DNA of 64,000 nt from assembly GCF_963921235.1 (NCBI RefSeq), contig NC_086129.1:32860001-32924000 (forward strand), read 5' to 3'. This document shows, piece after piece, positions 1 through 12,606 of the stretch; positions within the stretch are counted from its first letter, which is position 1, and every line of letters begins with the position of its first letter. A program made the position numbers and the translations under genes. Under the pieces are notes generated by a model. The model was not told the DNA's origin, did not search any database, and saw nothing but the letters and a program-made list of their open reading frames with translations. Source of the DNA: Mobula hypostoma. Its lineage: Eukaryota.

Positions 1-594
1 TTTATGAGGTTTGTAGCTGGAGATAATAGCAGCCCCTTCTTAAGGGTCTTATATTTTTATAATTATCTCTACTTCGTGTCAGTCCATCACATTCATTCTT
101 GACTGAAATATATTTGGCATGTTGCTGAACAGTATATTGCATGAGGACTGTTCACATGCATGTAAACCTAATAATATGTGGAATGCTGTAAACAAGCCTG
201 AAACCAAACTCCTTTACACAAAACATTGATATAACAGTGTACAAGTTCCAATCGTATACTACTTCATAAGAGCGACAATATTTTGGGTAAGAGACTAACA
301 GGATGGCTGTATCTTGTTATTGCTAACGTAAGCACCTACTGTTTGATGGCTGCCAGAATAATTTAGATTGCTCTATTTTTGTTACCATGATACAGTATTG
401 CATTTAACACTTGTGCCAAATCATGAGATTGGCCAAAATCTAGCATGAAACTGGTTGTTTTACTCCTGGAAGCAAGCCCTGAGAAGATCGTGCAACTCCT
501 GGCAGGATCTGGCTTAGCTCAGTGCAGCTGCCCACACTTTGGAGGGTGTCAAGCCTTAAAGGAACACTCCACATGTCAGACACACAGTGAAGCC

Positions 595-1163
595 CTTTGA
601 TGGTCGGGGTTGACCACGAATGTTACATCCTAGCTGTCATACGCAAATCAGTATGCAAGCCAGAGCATTGCAATATAGAAAGCTAGCTGTCGTCCATGCA
701 GCAGGCTTCCCCTCTCTACACAGCTAATGAATCCAAAGGAACAGCAGAGACCAATACAGTTTGACACTCGTTTCACCACAGAGTTGCCAGTCAGCATTGA
801 ACTCAATGTAGGACTGCCTTGGGGACTCTAGCTCCAGATTTTTCCTTGAGATTTACTCCCAGAGCCTTCCCCATGACTGGGTATAGCTGCAAGGCAGCAG
901 AAGTTTGAGATGAGAGCTTACTTCTCCTAGATGACCTGCCAACAATGGCTGATGAGCCTCATCTGCCCAAAGAACCTTTGCCCTTTCTCGTGTTAGTAGA
1001 AACAGTTCCACCAGGCTTGGTAGCTAGGCTACAAGTGAAGAGCAGGAGCTGGACTTAGTTGTCAGAGGGTGTTTGAGATATATGCCTTCAGGAGCATTTA
1101 ATAGGTAGTGGGATCTTATCCCCTCTACCCCCCACCCCATCCCAGCTATGACAACCTTAAGGA
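595..1163 (-). mobile_element. Non-autonomous RTE-related retroelement (no ORF)
   Basis: Colinear with 46488-47060 and 2022-2273. Minus strand carries a variant of the RTE 5'-UTR-type motif (CATCTAGGAGAAG..AAGCTCTC..CTCAAAC). Confidence 0.65.
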
Positions 1164-1700
1164 AACAACACTCCATGGAAACACAGCACAGCTGGCAGCA
1201 GCTGGATGGGAGAGGAAGGCAATTCATGCATTTACCTGAAGGAACATTCAATGAGAATCATACCAGCAGGAAGGTTCTATGCTCTGGGCATAGAGGCTGT
1301 TCCCAATAGATTCCTGTGGTCCATACCGAGAAGAGCCTGGCCAAAAATAGCTGTAGAAATACCTCACAGGAGTTGCAATCCTCACACATGAAGATACAAG
1401 AAGATGTTCTGCTTGGCAATGATTCTCACAAAATATGTATTTTCATTTCTTAATTCTTAATTCTTTAAAAATAAACTGCAGTAGAAAATACAGCATCATT
1501 TACATATCTGTTGTATTGGGCTCATTAGTGCAATGGTATTAATGGTTGGGGCGCACAGAAGCTTTTATTGATGGCTGTGATTTTGTAGGCTCCTTCAGAG
1601 GAGAGTCTCTGTATGAAAGTTCCTTATGGCTTATGCTGACAAAATATCCCTCTGTCACTCATCTGGAAGATGAGATAGTGAATGCTGAGCAGAGATGTTG

Positions 1701-2395
1701 CAGAGTCATAAAGCCATACAGCATACATAGGGCCTTTGTCCCAAATAATCCATGCAACCTTGTTGCCCAGTCAGCTGGTCCCAGTTTCCTGCATTCAGCC
1801 CATATCCCTCTAAGCCTTGAGCCTTCATGTACGTATCCTACTGCTTTTTAAATGATATGATCGTATGTGCTTCAACCACTTCCTCTGGTGGCTCATTCCA
1901 TACATTCACCACTCTCTATATTCTCTCACCCAAACTCATGTCCGCTAGTTTTGGACTCCCCTACCCTAACGAAAGGACTGTTACCATCCATCTTAATAAT
2001 ACACTCAATATTTCAACACTTGTAGAGCTGCAAGGCAGCAGAGCTTTGAGAGGAGAGCTTTCCTTCTCCTAGATGAGCTGCCAGCAGTGGCTGATGAACC
2101 CCATCTGCCCAAAGTACCTTTCCCTTTCTCGTGTTAGCAGAAACAGTTCCGCTGGGCTTAGTAGCTAAGCTACAAGGGTAGACCAGGAGCTGGACTTAGT
2201 TGTTAGAGGGTATTTGAGATGCACACCATTGGGAGCATTTAGCTGGTAGTGGGAGCTTATCCCCACTGCCCCACTTGTTCTCTTATCCAAGGAAGAAAGG
2301 CCTAGCCTGGCCAACCTCTCTCTATGACTCAGGCTCTCTAGTCCTGGTAACATGCACAGATCTTTTCTGAACTCTTTCTGGTTTGACCACATTGC
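1701..2395 (-). mobile_element. Degraded CR1 LINE 3' end, split by an RTE-like insertion
   Basis: 1701-1990 resembles CR1 3' ends elsewhere in the window (ttccatacattcaccactctct). 2276-2395 translates to MLPGLESLSHRERLARLGLSSL (CR1 ORF2 C-terminus). Confidence 0.65.
2022..2273 (-). mobile_element. Partial RTE-related element nested in CR1 relic
   Basis: Closely similar to 885-1130. Confidence 0.7.
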
Positions 2396-2842
2396 CTTGG
2401 TGTCCCACAGGACCCAGGTCTCGTTCCCACTCTAACATGAGTCTGAGGAGATTTTCCACAGATGTTAGCTTAAACACACTCAGTGGTCTTTTTATGCGTG
2501 TGACTAGCCTTTCATCCCTTCTAAAGTTGCCCAGTCAAGTCTCCCAAGATCACCATATTGTCCCTTTAAAAAGCAGCGAGCTTGTGTGATGTGCTTTTTC
2601 TACCGACGCTCTTTCACAACGATCACAGTGCGGAACATTGTGTTCCAGTTAATGTCAGTGTGGGTGAAAATGGGCTTTGCATGAATAGTGACATTGTTAG
2701 GTGTATTCCTGACACCAGCAAATGATAGGTGCTTTAACATGGACTGCAAACAGAAGAGCTCTATCCAATTTTGCCACTGGCACCAATTTCAGCTCGGAAC
2801 AATTGTTAATTCAACCTCAGGTTAATACTCAGGGTAAAATTA

Positions 2843-4568
2843 AAAACACAAGAGATTCTTTAGATGCTGGAAATCCAGAACAATACATACAAAGTGCTTG
2901 AGGAACTTAGCAGGACAGGCAGCACCTATGGCAAGGAATAAATAGTTGATGTTTTGGACTGGGATCCTTCCTCAGGTCTGGAATAAAGGGGAAAAAGCCA
3001 GAATAAAAAGGCGGGCATGAGGAGGGGAAGAAGTACAAGTTGGCAGGTGATAGCTGAAACCAGCTGAGGGTGAAGGTAGGTGGGTGGGGAAGGGGGTTAT
3101 GGAGTAGGAAGCTGGGAGGTGATAGGTGGAAGAGGTAAAGTGCTGGAGAAGACAGAATCTGTTCAGAGAGGACAGTGGAACATGGAAGAAAGGTGATGGG
3201 CGGGAGAGGTGGAGAGAAGGGGTAAGAGAAGAACCAGAATGGGGAATGGAAATAGAGAGAAAGGGAGGAGGGTGGTTTCTGGCTTCTTCCCCATTCCTTT
3301 CCAGTCCAAATGAAGTTATTTGATAAGGTACCCCATGCAAGGCTTATTGAGAAAGTAAGGAGGCATGGGATCCATGGGGACATTGCTTTGTGGATCCAGA
3401 ACTAGTTTGCCCACAGAAGGGAAAGAGTGGTTGTAGACAGGTCATATTCTACAAGGAGGCCAGTGACCAGTCGTGTGCCTCAGGGATCTGTTCTGGGACC
3501 CTTGCTGTTTGTGAATTTCATAAATGACCTGGATGAGGAAGTGGAGGGATCCGTTAGTAAATTTGCTGATGACACAAAGGTTGGGGATGTTGTGGATAGT
3601 GTGGAGGGTTGTCAGAGGTTACAGCGGGACATTGATAAGATGCAAAACTGGGCTGAGAAGTGGCAGATGGAGTTCAACCCAGATAAGTGTGAGGTGGTTC
3701 ATTTTGGAGGTCAAATATGATGGCAGAATATAGTATTAATGGTAAGATTCTTGGCAGTGTGGAGGATCAGAGGGATCTTGGGGTCCAAGTCCATAGGACA
3801 CTCAAAGCTGCTATGCAGCTTGACTCTGTGCTTAAGAAGGCATACGGTGCATTGGCCTTCATCAATCATGGGATTGAATTTAAGAGCTGAGAGGTAATGT
3901 TGCAGCTATATAGGACCCTGGTCAGACCCCACCTGGAGTACTGTGCTCAGTTCTGGTCGCCTCACTACAGGAAGGATGTGGAAACCATAGAAAGGGTGCA
4001 GAGGAGATTTACAAGGATGTTGCCTGGATTGGGGAGCATGCCTTATGAGAATAGGTTCAGTGAACTCAGCCTTTTCTCCTTGGAGCGACAGAGGATGAGA
4101 GGTGACCTGATAGAGGTGTACAAGATAATGATAGACATTGATCATGTGGAAAGTCAGAGGCTTGTCCCCAGGGCTGAAATGGCTAGCATGAGAGGGCATA
4201 GTTTTAAGGTGCTTTGAAGTAGGTACAGAGATGTCAGGGGCAAGTTTTTTTACACAGAGAGTGGTGAGTGTGTGGAATGGGCTGCTGGCGGCAGTGGTGG
4301 AGGCGGAAACGATAGGGTCTTTTAAGAGACTCCTGAATGGCTGCATGGAGCTTAGAAAATAGAGGGCTATGGGTAAAGCCTAGGTATTTCTAAGGTAAGG
4401 ACATGTTCGGCACAGCTTTTTGGGCTGAAGTGCCTGTATTGTGCTGTATGTTTTCTATGTTTCTATGTTTCTATGAAGGGTCTCGGCCAGAAACGTTGAC
4501 TCTTTATACCTTTCCGTCGATTCTGCTTGAACTGCTGAGTTCCTGCAGCATTTGGTGTGTGTGTTGCT
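2843..4568. mobile_element. Penelope terminal-repeat relic in tail-to-tail arrangement (minus arm 2843-~3280, plus arm ~3290-3315 + 4473-4568), split by CR1
   Basis: Both arms match the 3' repeat of the Penelope element at 38500-38890 (GATGCTGCCTG..CTGCTGAGTTCCTCCAGCA, degenerate CAGTCCTGANGAAGGG..GAAACGT). Confidence 0.75.
3316..4475 (+). mobile_element. CR1 LINE, 5'-truncated, RT C-half with (TTTCTATG)n tail
   Basis: ORFs VPQGSVLGPLLF..FADDTK and LVRPHLEYCAQFWSP; microsatellite tail 4452-4475; ATGAAG duplicated at 3310-3315 and 4473-4478. Confidence 0.92.
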
Positions 4569-6034
4569 CAATAATTTGTTTCCATCTCCACCTCCACCCC
4601 ACCCCCCCATTCCAGGCATTTCATAACCTCGGACATACAACAAAGCAACACCACAAATCGCTTTTAAAGCTGCTGAGAAAGAAATTTGAACTGTAACTCC
4701 TGTCAAAGAGAGATAAAGGAGATTTAATTTTTAATGTTATTAAATTAGTAAAAACCATATATAAAATTTGAATTTCCACAGAACTGTTCTAATGAGATGT
4801 CCAATTCTGTCATCATTTTTACAATAATATTCTCAGCCATTTGGAGATATGAAATTTAGTCAGCTTATTTCACAGTGAGGGCTGTTAAGACACAGGGTCC
4901 TAGATGATTACTTACTCACACAGATAGCCTTCACTAATTAAATATCAATTTATAATCAGTATTGCAGCTGTGAATTCACTCACTTTAGAATTTGGGTTTA
5001 AACTTTCAACTCTTTTTAGCCTGGGATTGCTTAAAGAAGTTGAATCAAAGACAGAGTACCTCAGAGACGCAGACACTCTCAAATGTCACCAGACTCGACT
5101 CTACCTACAGTTAAGTCCCTTTGGTGCAACAATAAGATTATAACCTACATTAAATCTTGGTCTTGTTATTTTTTGCTTCATAAATTGTTTTCCTTGTTAA
5201 TTGGATGCATTTTTACCAGGAAGGGAAAGAAAACCCTGCTTCCATGTCTCCTAGTCATATAACGGTGATTAGCTTTGACCTTTTACCTCAGTAGCACCGC
5301 ATTCCTGCACTAACTCCACATCCTTCACACCTAAAAATCCACCAATCACTGTCTTGAATATATTTAGTGACTGAGAATTAAAGGCCTTTTTGTGAAGAGA
5401 AATCAGAAGTCCACTATCGTCTTTGATAACAGGGACTAGAAAATATCAGGCAATATCTGTGGAAGGGTAAACTGTTAGCATTTCAAATCTGGTGTCTTTC
5501 ATAGATCTGGGAATGAGATAAATAAATTAGTTTTCAGTGGGAAAGAAAGTGAGGAATGGATGGGCAGAACAAAGATCTCTGATGGAGTGAGTCCAAATGA
5601 GCTAATGGGATCACTTACAAGCTTCTGTGTACAATATGTTCTTAAAGTTGGGCCATTCCAGCACGAATACTATTTGTAGCAGTAAAAATTAATCCAAGAT
5701 CAAAGCAATCGCCGCCAGCCTGCGAATGCCATGGGGTTGTCATACTTGCATGATGTACCCTCAACTCCAAAGAAATGATTGTTCAAAAGAGTCAAATTCC
5801 TTGTTTCGATCTTTTATTAACTATTAGCAAACATACAATCTTGAAACAATATTAAATGCTGATCTCTGCTGGTCAACTATATGACCTCTGCTGGTCCCAA
5901 GTCACAAACTGTCACAATCTAAGCAAGAATATGTAACTTATTCCCTTCGCTCTTGCCACCTCCACTAGTGTGACTAGCTACCATAAAAAGTGCACAACTC
6001 AGAATACAAAGCTCCTATATTCCAGCCCCCTTGT

Positions 6035-6745
6035 TCCTCCAGCATCAGGCAGCATCTCTGGAGGAAAATGGATCGTCAATGTTTCACATTGATACCCTTC
6101 AGCTGGACATTCCTGCAGGCCCGAGTATGAATAGAGAGAAAAAAAACTGAATGAAGATAGTGACAAGCAGAAATGTTCAGTTCTGATATAAACAGAAAGA
6201 CAAAAACTGGTTACCTCAAGTTGGAAAATTCAATACTGAATCCTAAAGATTGTAATATGTCCAGAAGGAAGTTGAGACTTTGTTCCTCAAGCTGGGTTGG
6301 GCCAAAGCATCCTAGGTCAGAGTGCAAGTGAGAAGGTGAATGGAAGCTCACTCTGGCTTCAGTACAATTGGTCTGCAAGGCTCAAAGTTAAATTCTCCGA
6401 TTTTAGCTAATTCTTTCTTTTATTCTGCCTGCATCAGAAATGCCATTTCTATCTTTGTGTTTGCTCAGTTTTCTTATTCTGTTCATAAAGTGTGGACCAC
6501 TGAGCCAGTCCCACAGTCTCATCATAACACAGAAAAAGAAGCTGACTGTGCTTATAACTACCTCCATTCATTTTCTGGGACTCACGCTACACAACTCTGC
6601 TTCTGAAATTGAAGTTGTTTCTCCCTTTTTTCAAATTCTGACAGAGTCTCAAGTCTAAAACATTGACTTTTACTTTCCTTTCTCTACGGATGCTGCCTGA
6701 CCACCTGCATTTTCCAGTTTAATTCCAAATTTTCACAATCTGTAG
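6035..6745. mobile_element. Old Penelope relic with inverted halves
   Basis: Minus strand: terminal repeat 6040-6110 and GIY-YIG C-terminal remnant at ~6210-6290 (EEQSLNFLLDILQSLGFSIEFSNLR*). Plus strand: QGLKVKFSDFS* at ~6374-6410 and terminal repeat at 6635-6745. Confidence 0.55.
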
Positions 6746-6959
6746 CTTTTTTGATTTTCTCACCTCAACCCTACATGGCCAAGCCCTTACATTCCTTTCA
6801 GGGGACCCAGACGGAGGAAAGATCCCCATTTCAATCTTATCAAGATTTGTTAAAGTAGCAGGGATGAATTGTCTTGCTCACTATTCAACAATAAGGAGCA
6901 TCAATGCTTCTGAGAGAGAGGCACAAACCCCAGTTAAGAAAATAAACTCATTGACAAAG

Positions 6960-7163
6960 ATACAGAAACAAATAGTTTTGTTGCTGTTGTTCTGTAGTTG
7001 TTATTGTTGCTTGTCTTGTTCCTTTGGGCATTGTAGGCATCTCATCTTGGCATTTGAATGTGTGCCAACACGTCCTTATGTTGTGCTCATTGTTAACACA
7101 AGCAAAATATTTCACACTGTATGTTTCGATGTACATGTGATAAATAAATGAATCTGAATCTGA
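6960..7163 (+). mobile_element. LINE 3'-UTR fragment (Rex1/L2-type) with (AATCTG)n tail
   Basis: Ends ttcacactgtatgtttcgatgtacatgtgataaataaatgaatctgaatctga, like the Rex-type tails in this window. Confidence 0.5.
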
Positions 7164-7514
7164 TTATTACATCGTCAGTGGTAGCCATGGAATGAGATAT
7201 GCTTCCAAAACATCGCAATGATGGTTCCTGTGGATATTAGATATAATTTGCGTCTCTTGGCCAGCCTTCCACTGCAACCCAGCCAGAAATACAGGTTAAT
7301 TAGTCATTGTGATCTGTGGAAAAAAGCTGCAACATTTTAATAACTTCACCATAATAAGTTGGACCTGTATTTCACATGACCTGATACTAAATAACTGAGC
7401 TCCTTTGTGGTTACTATTATATATGAAGGAAGGAAAGAGACAGGAAGGGAAGGGAACTGGGAAGAAGGAAGGGAGGGACAGAAGGAGGAAGAAAGGGAAG
7501 AAGGAAGCTTCATG

Positions 7515-7630
7515 GCCAATCAACTACTGTATGTTTGAAGTGTATTGAGTGTTATAATAAAAAAACGTGGCAGCTAATTTGTAGATGTCAAGGTCCCACA
7601 ACATCAATGTAATAACAAGCAGATAATACA
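7515..7630 (-). mobile_element. DeuSINE (SacSINE1-like) fragment
   Basis: Deu-domain-like segment (gaagtgta..aaacgtggcagctaatttg..caaggtcccaca..aatgtaataacaagcagataat), homologous to 27390-27480 and 63278-63360. Confidence 0.5.
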
Positions 7631-9240
7631 GCAGAAAACTCAGTGACCATAGTTTCTGCTTTGTTGCACGTTGAGAGATAGCAACCAAGAACGGATCTCT
7701 ACGCCAGTCTGTTTATCCATGCTGCTTGAACTGATTGGATAAATTAAACCATCATTAGGTCATTGGAGCATCTGAAGTTTGCCTTTTGTGACAGAGTTAT
7801 CTTCAGTTCCATTGTGACCCAGGCAGCTCGGTAGGTCGGTAAAAGACGCAATCAACACTTAATCTTACGTTTAGATAAATATGGAACTTTCAACCGTTCA
7901 CGTCTGATGAAATTAGTCAATGACCTTCTGTAAATTGAAATGAAAATTTTGATCAATAGGTAAGCATTGAAATTCATAATTTTGCCTGTACTCTAATTTG
8001 TATATAAGACTGTTATGATCATATAATCAGGACTTAGGATCAAAAAGCCATGGTACAAGCATGTCAGCTCATTGCAAGGTGTTGGCCCAGTCCCAAGAGC
8101 CCAATGAGTGTTTTAATATACATTTTCTAATTGTCTGCTCATATTGCTAATTGCGAGCTAATAGCTTAGTGAGCACTGCCCTTTCACTAATTGCTTCTGA
8201 AGAAACAATTAAAAACAGTATAAACACAAGACAGTGAAAAATATAATGGCATATCCATACTTCAATTAGGAATAATAGAAATGATGCAAACTTGATGACT
8301 TCTTGAAGCTAAATGATATTGTTCCTCAAGAGACTCATCCTTTTGCTAAATATCAGCTTCTTTTGCTTCTGTACTAATTTAATCTTATGACTGTGGTCTG
8401 ACAGCACATTTGCAGTCGTAATGTGATTAGGGATCTGGCATAAAGTGTGGGAGTCTGATTAAACAGTGACTCAAACTCTAGGGAGAGAATTGTGTAGTAA
8501 ATGCAACTTTGTCCATTCAAATAATCTCAGGACTAGTTTTGTGCATTAGTTTCCAATGCCAGTTTACACTTGTTTATAATATCGTGCACCAGTAAGACTA
8601 ACACAAGCCCAGGCTTCACTTAAAATAGACAGCCATTTGTCCTAATTAATATCCATAGTGAAGACAGTGGTAGGTATCACACAGCTGCAAGTGGCATTTC
8701 AGTAAATAACACTTTAATTCTTCCAATTACACATTATAATCGTTTATCACTAATTACTTTAAAACATGTTTTAGTGTCCTTCAGTAACTTGATACATTTC
8801 CATGAACCTACAGCTGCATATCTGAGTATCCCAGACAATAATTAATAAAATCCAAATCCAGAATTCTAGTCTGTCAAATCGTCTTGCTACAGCAAAGATT
8901 CATGATACCTTGTGATAGCTTTCTTCCTGCAACAGAGTTAGTCATGTAACTGTCACATCACATCGGATGACATATCTCCCTTTGACCTCTTACAGTTGAC
9001 ATTAACATCACATGCTATCAGGTATGGAATCACAGTCATCTTGTGCCCTCCACTTTTCATGTACAAAGCTAGAAAATACAAGTAGATCGAGCATATTAAA
9101 TGAAGAGCATATCTTCAATTTCTTGCAGATTGTCTGAGAATCTACACCATTTGGAGACTCTTCATGGTGAAGTTACTCAAGTAGATTCCGGAGACCTGGA
9201 CTTTTAGATCAGAAGACAATTGCCACTATTTTATCTCAAC

Positions 9241-9340
9241 AAAAACACACAAGGTGCTGGAGGAACTCAAGCGGGTTAGGCAGCACCTACGGAGGGAAAT
9301 GGACAGTTGAATTTTCAGATTGAGACCCTTCACCTGGACA
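9241..9340 (-). mobile_element. Penelope terminal-repeat fragment
   Basis: acacacaaggtgctggaggaactca..ggcagcacct..gagacccttcacctggac is the reverse complement of the Penelope tail. Confidence 0.65.
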
Positions 9341-9760
9341 TATCACAAATAAACAGGACAAGTTATGATCAAAAGGTAGTCAACAGGACGACTACTATGC
9401 ATCGTAGAAAACGTAGATGTTCACCCACCATATCATCCCCAACTACGACTGAGCTGTCTACAGATGGGAAATATATATGTTTTCCACTGAGAAATCTTTT
9501 ACCCTGGATAATTTTAAATAGCAGAGCTTAGCCATAAACAGACTTCCACAGCCTACTCTTTCAACTGACCAGCATGCCATCTACCCCCTACTCTCACCCT
9601 CACTCATCTGTCTCACTTTCTCTCCATCCCCTCCATGTCCCAGCCCTTCTCTTCCCACCGCTCCCTATTCACCCTCCGCATCCTCAAATCTACCTCCCTC
9701 TGCCTCAGTCAAAATGGCAAGCCTGCTCCCAGGCTCAAAGATTAGGCATAATAATGGGGG

Positions 9761-10037
9761 TGGGGCAACACTGTAGCGTAGCAGTTAGCGCAACGCTATT
9801 ACACCTCGGTCGCTGGATTTCGGGGTTCAATTCCAGCGTTATCTGTAAGGAGTTTGTATGTCCCTCCCTGTGAATGTGTGGGCTTCCTCCAGTGCTCTTG
9901 CTTCTTCCCACAGTCCAAAGATGTACCGGTTAGTAAACTAATTCATCATTGTAAATTGTCCTGTGTTTAGGCCAGGGTTAAATAGATGGGTTGCCTGTTG
10001 GGCTGGAAGGGCCTGTTCTGCACCGTATCTCTAAATA
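9761..10037 (+). mobile_element. HE1/V-SINE-like tRNA-derived SINE
   Basis: A-box-like tagcgtagcagtt, B-box GGTTCAATTCC, V-domain-like core (gggcttcctcc..cccacagtccaaagatg), LINE-like tail gaagggcctgtt..gtatctctaaataa. Confidence 0.8.
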
Positions 10038-12606
10038 AGTACATTTTGAAACCTAGACAGACTGGTCATTGAATGAGTGAGGCTCAGGGACTGGGCCCAC
10101 AGCCTTCACAGTCAGTGTGAGATTAAGGTTCAAGAACTGGACCTACTATGCTTTCTTCAGTGAATGAGTGAGGAGCAGGGACTACAGGTGAGTAGATCCC
10201 TGGATACCAATCCTTAGTCAGGTTCAAAATCAAGGAGGAACTCAGCAGCATCAATGGAGGAAAATGGACAGTGGACATTTCAGGCCAAGGCTCCTCATCC
10301 AGTTCAGATGTCTCAGTGCATATTCTGCTAATCCATGAGGGAAAGAAAATTTGTCTTTGGCCACTAATGCTAGATGAGTACTGAGTAATACCATCTGCTC
10401 ATTGTCTATGGAACAAGAGCTCTGGATTTCTTTAAATTTATTCATTGTGAATCTTGTTGGCAATGTTTGCATTTGCTATCCATCCCTAATTTAAAATGTC
10501 AATCTGCACTCAGCAAATCTAGAGTCATAGAAAGGGAAGGAGGAGGGGACCCAGGGGGAAATGATAGGCAGGTGAGAAGAGGTAATAGGCCAGAGCAAGA
10601 AGAGGGGTGGGGGAGGAAAAAGAAATCATATATGGACCCGTTTCTCTTTTGCTCAGATATTGCCTGAACTGCTGATTATTGCCACCATTTTCTCCTTTCA
10701 TCTCAGATGGATAGCAAGTGCAAACGTCTCCAACAAGATTCACAGTCAATGCAGGTGGTGATACTCACTCCTCATCTAGCATTAGCGGCCAAAGACAATT
10801 TTTTAATTTCTCTGTTTTGTGTTTTCCGTACTGATGCCAGTTTTTGTTTTCAAAACAATGCATTTATTTGAACTTAAAATTTCTAGCTGCTCGGGTAGGA
10901 ATCAATGTAATGTCTCTGGATCAATAATCCAAAACCAGTCTACTAATCCGGGAATTTCGTCACTGCATTACCCCACCTCTGATTCCGACAGGTAACTGAT
11001 TCTCTGATACAGATTTAGCACAGTCAACAGAAGATTAATCTTCTACACATGGAGGTATTTTACTTATAAATAATAAATTAAGGGATACAAATTAACTAAA
11101 TTCAACTATCTTTTGCCAGACTTAACATTTCTGGAAATACTTATTGAAATTGTCCCTCACGACTGCTTCCAGGCTTAAGATTAATCTTAATTATAATTAA
11201 TAATTTATCCTTTTATTTCAGTGTGATGAATCAGTCGCTCAACCTCCTCATCTCCACACAAAGCCCAATGGAATAGCTCTCCTTTCCACAGCTTCATTCG
11301 TTAACCTAGACAGCATTTCGACATTGTAATGCAATACTCCAGTATTATGCAGACAGAGAAATGACACACTTTCTTCAGAGTAGATGTCTTAGCTGTTGTC
11401 TCCCTCTGTGTTTGTCACCTACAGAGTATGAGTGGGTTGATGTATTCTGCAGCTGTAAATTCAAGACAAATTTATCTATGGTTGGAGGGAAAGGTTTTCT
11501 GTATGGTATGTACAATGAAATGTTAAAGGAAGACTGACGTTTTGTTAAATTTATTGTTGAGAAGAAAGCTTCCTCTTTTAGACACGTGGAAGTGGAATAG
11601 CAGAAACATGCCTGTTTTACTGTAATTTGTATCCATGTAATTTATATCAATAAGCATAAATTGGGTTCTATTGAGGAGCATGAATTGAGGAGTCTCTTGT
11701 ATCCATTCAGTGGAAGTAGATTCAAGAAGATCAGCTTGCCTGAGATGCATAAGATGGAACATTGTCTCTCTCGGGAAAAAAGGCTCAGGAGCCATTTATA
11801 CTTTGGCTCAAATATCTCGTCCTTCCCACCAATCAGCTCCCTGAGGTTACCACATCTTTTTACCAGCAGCTAGTTGAGAAGCAGTGGCATTTGTGCTGAT
11901 CCAAAATCCCACCTTCCTGACATCCCTTTTTCCTCATGGTATATAGTATGGAAAAGCCATGGAAAGGGAAAACCATGGTAAGGAAAATAAAGCTAATAAG
12001 AAGCACTGACGGTATCCTCTAGGGTGGAACTTGGACTGACAAGCAACTCTAAACCTCCCCAAACTTCTGTCTATATATTGCCATACAACTCCATAGCAAT
12101 ATGCAAAGAAGAGATCTTCCTCTATGATGAGTGTTTAACCATTGTGTTTCTCATTGGGACTAAGTTATAGACCTATCAACACTTTTCTTTCTTCCTGACA
12201 GAACCCTCTTTGCTTTACCTTCTATAACCTGGACAACATCTGGATCTCACGAATTTGAGGTCACATGCTCATTAGTTAATACCTCCTGTGTTTATTGCAC
12301 TATTCCTGGCTTGGAGTGCAAGTAAATGACCAGAGAAAGAGAATAGATTTTTGTGACCGTCCTCTGGTCCACTTTTGGCTGAACCTTAGTGATTTGCAAA
12401 TTTCTCAGCCTGGTTTATTCTCCACTGAAGCCCATAAATGGTCTTGTTACGAGGAGTTACCAAAATATGCACATATGCTGGGCTTCATATTAGCAATTAT
12501 CATTTTGAGAGTCATCTGATGCCTATCTTATAATGGACAGCAACACACTATCCAACTAATTGGTCCCTAGCTAGCCTGGGATGTTAACAGATATAGTACT
12601 GTAAAT

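Noticed and set aside
2907-3383. Pro/Ser/Phe-rich ORFs (also 38534-38869, 62841-63112)
   Set aside because: Artefacts of purine/pyrimidine-skewed Penelope UTR sequence.
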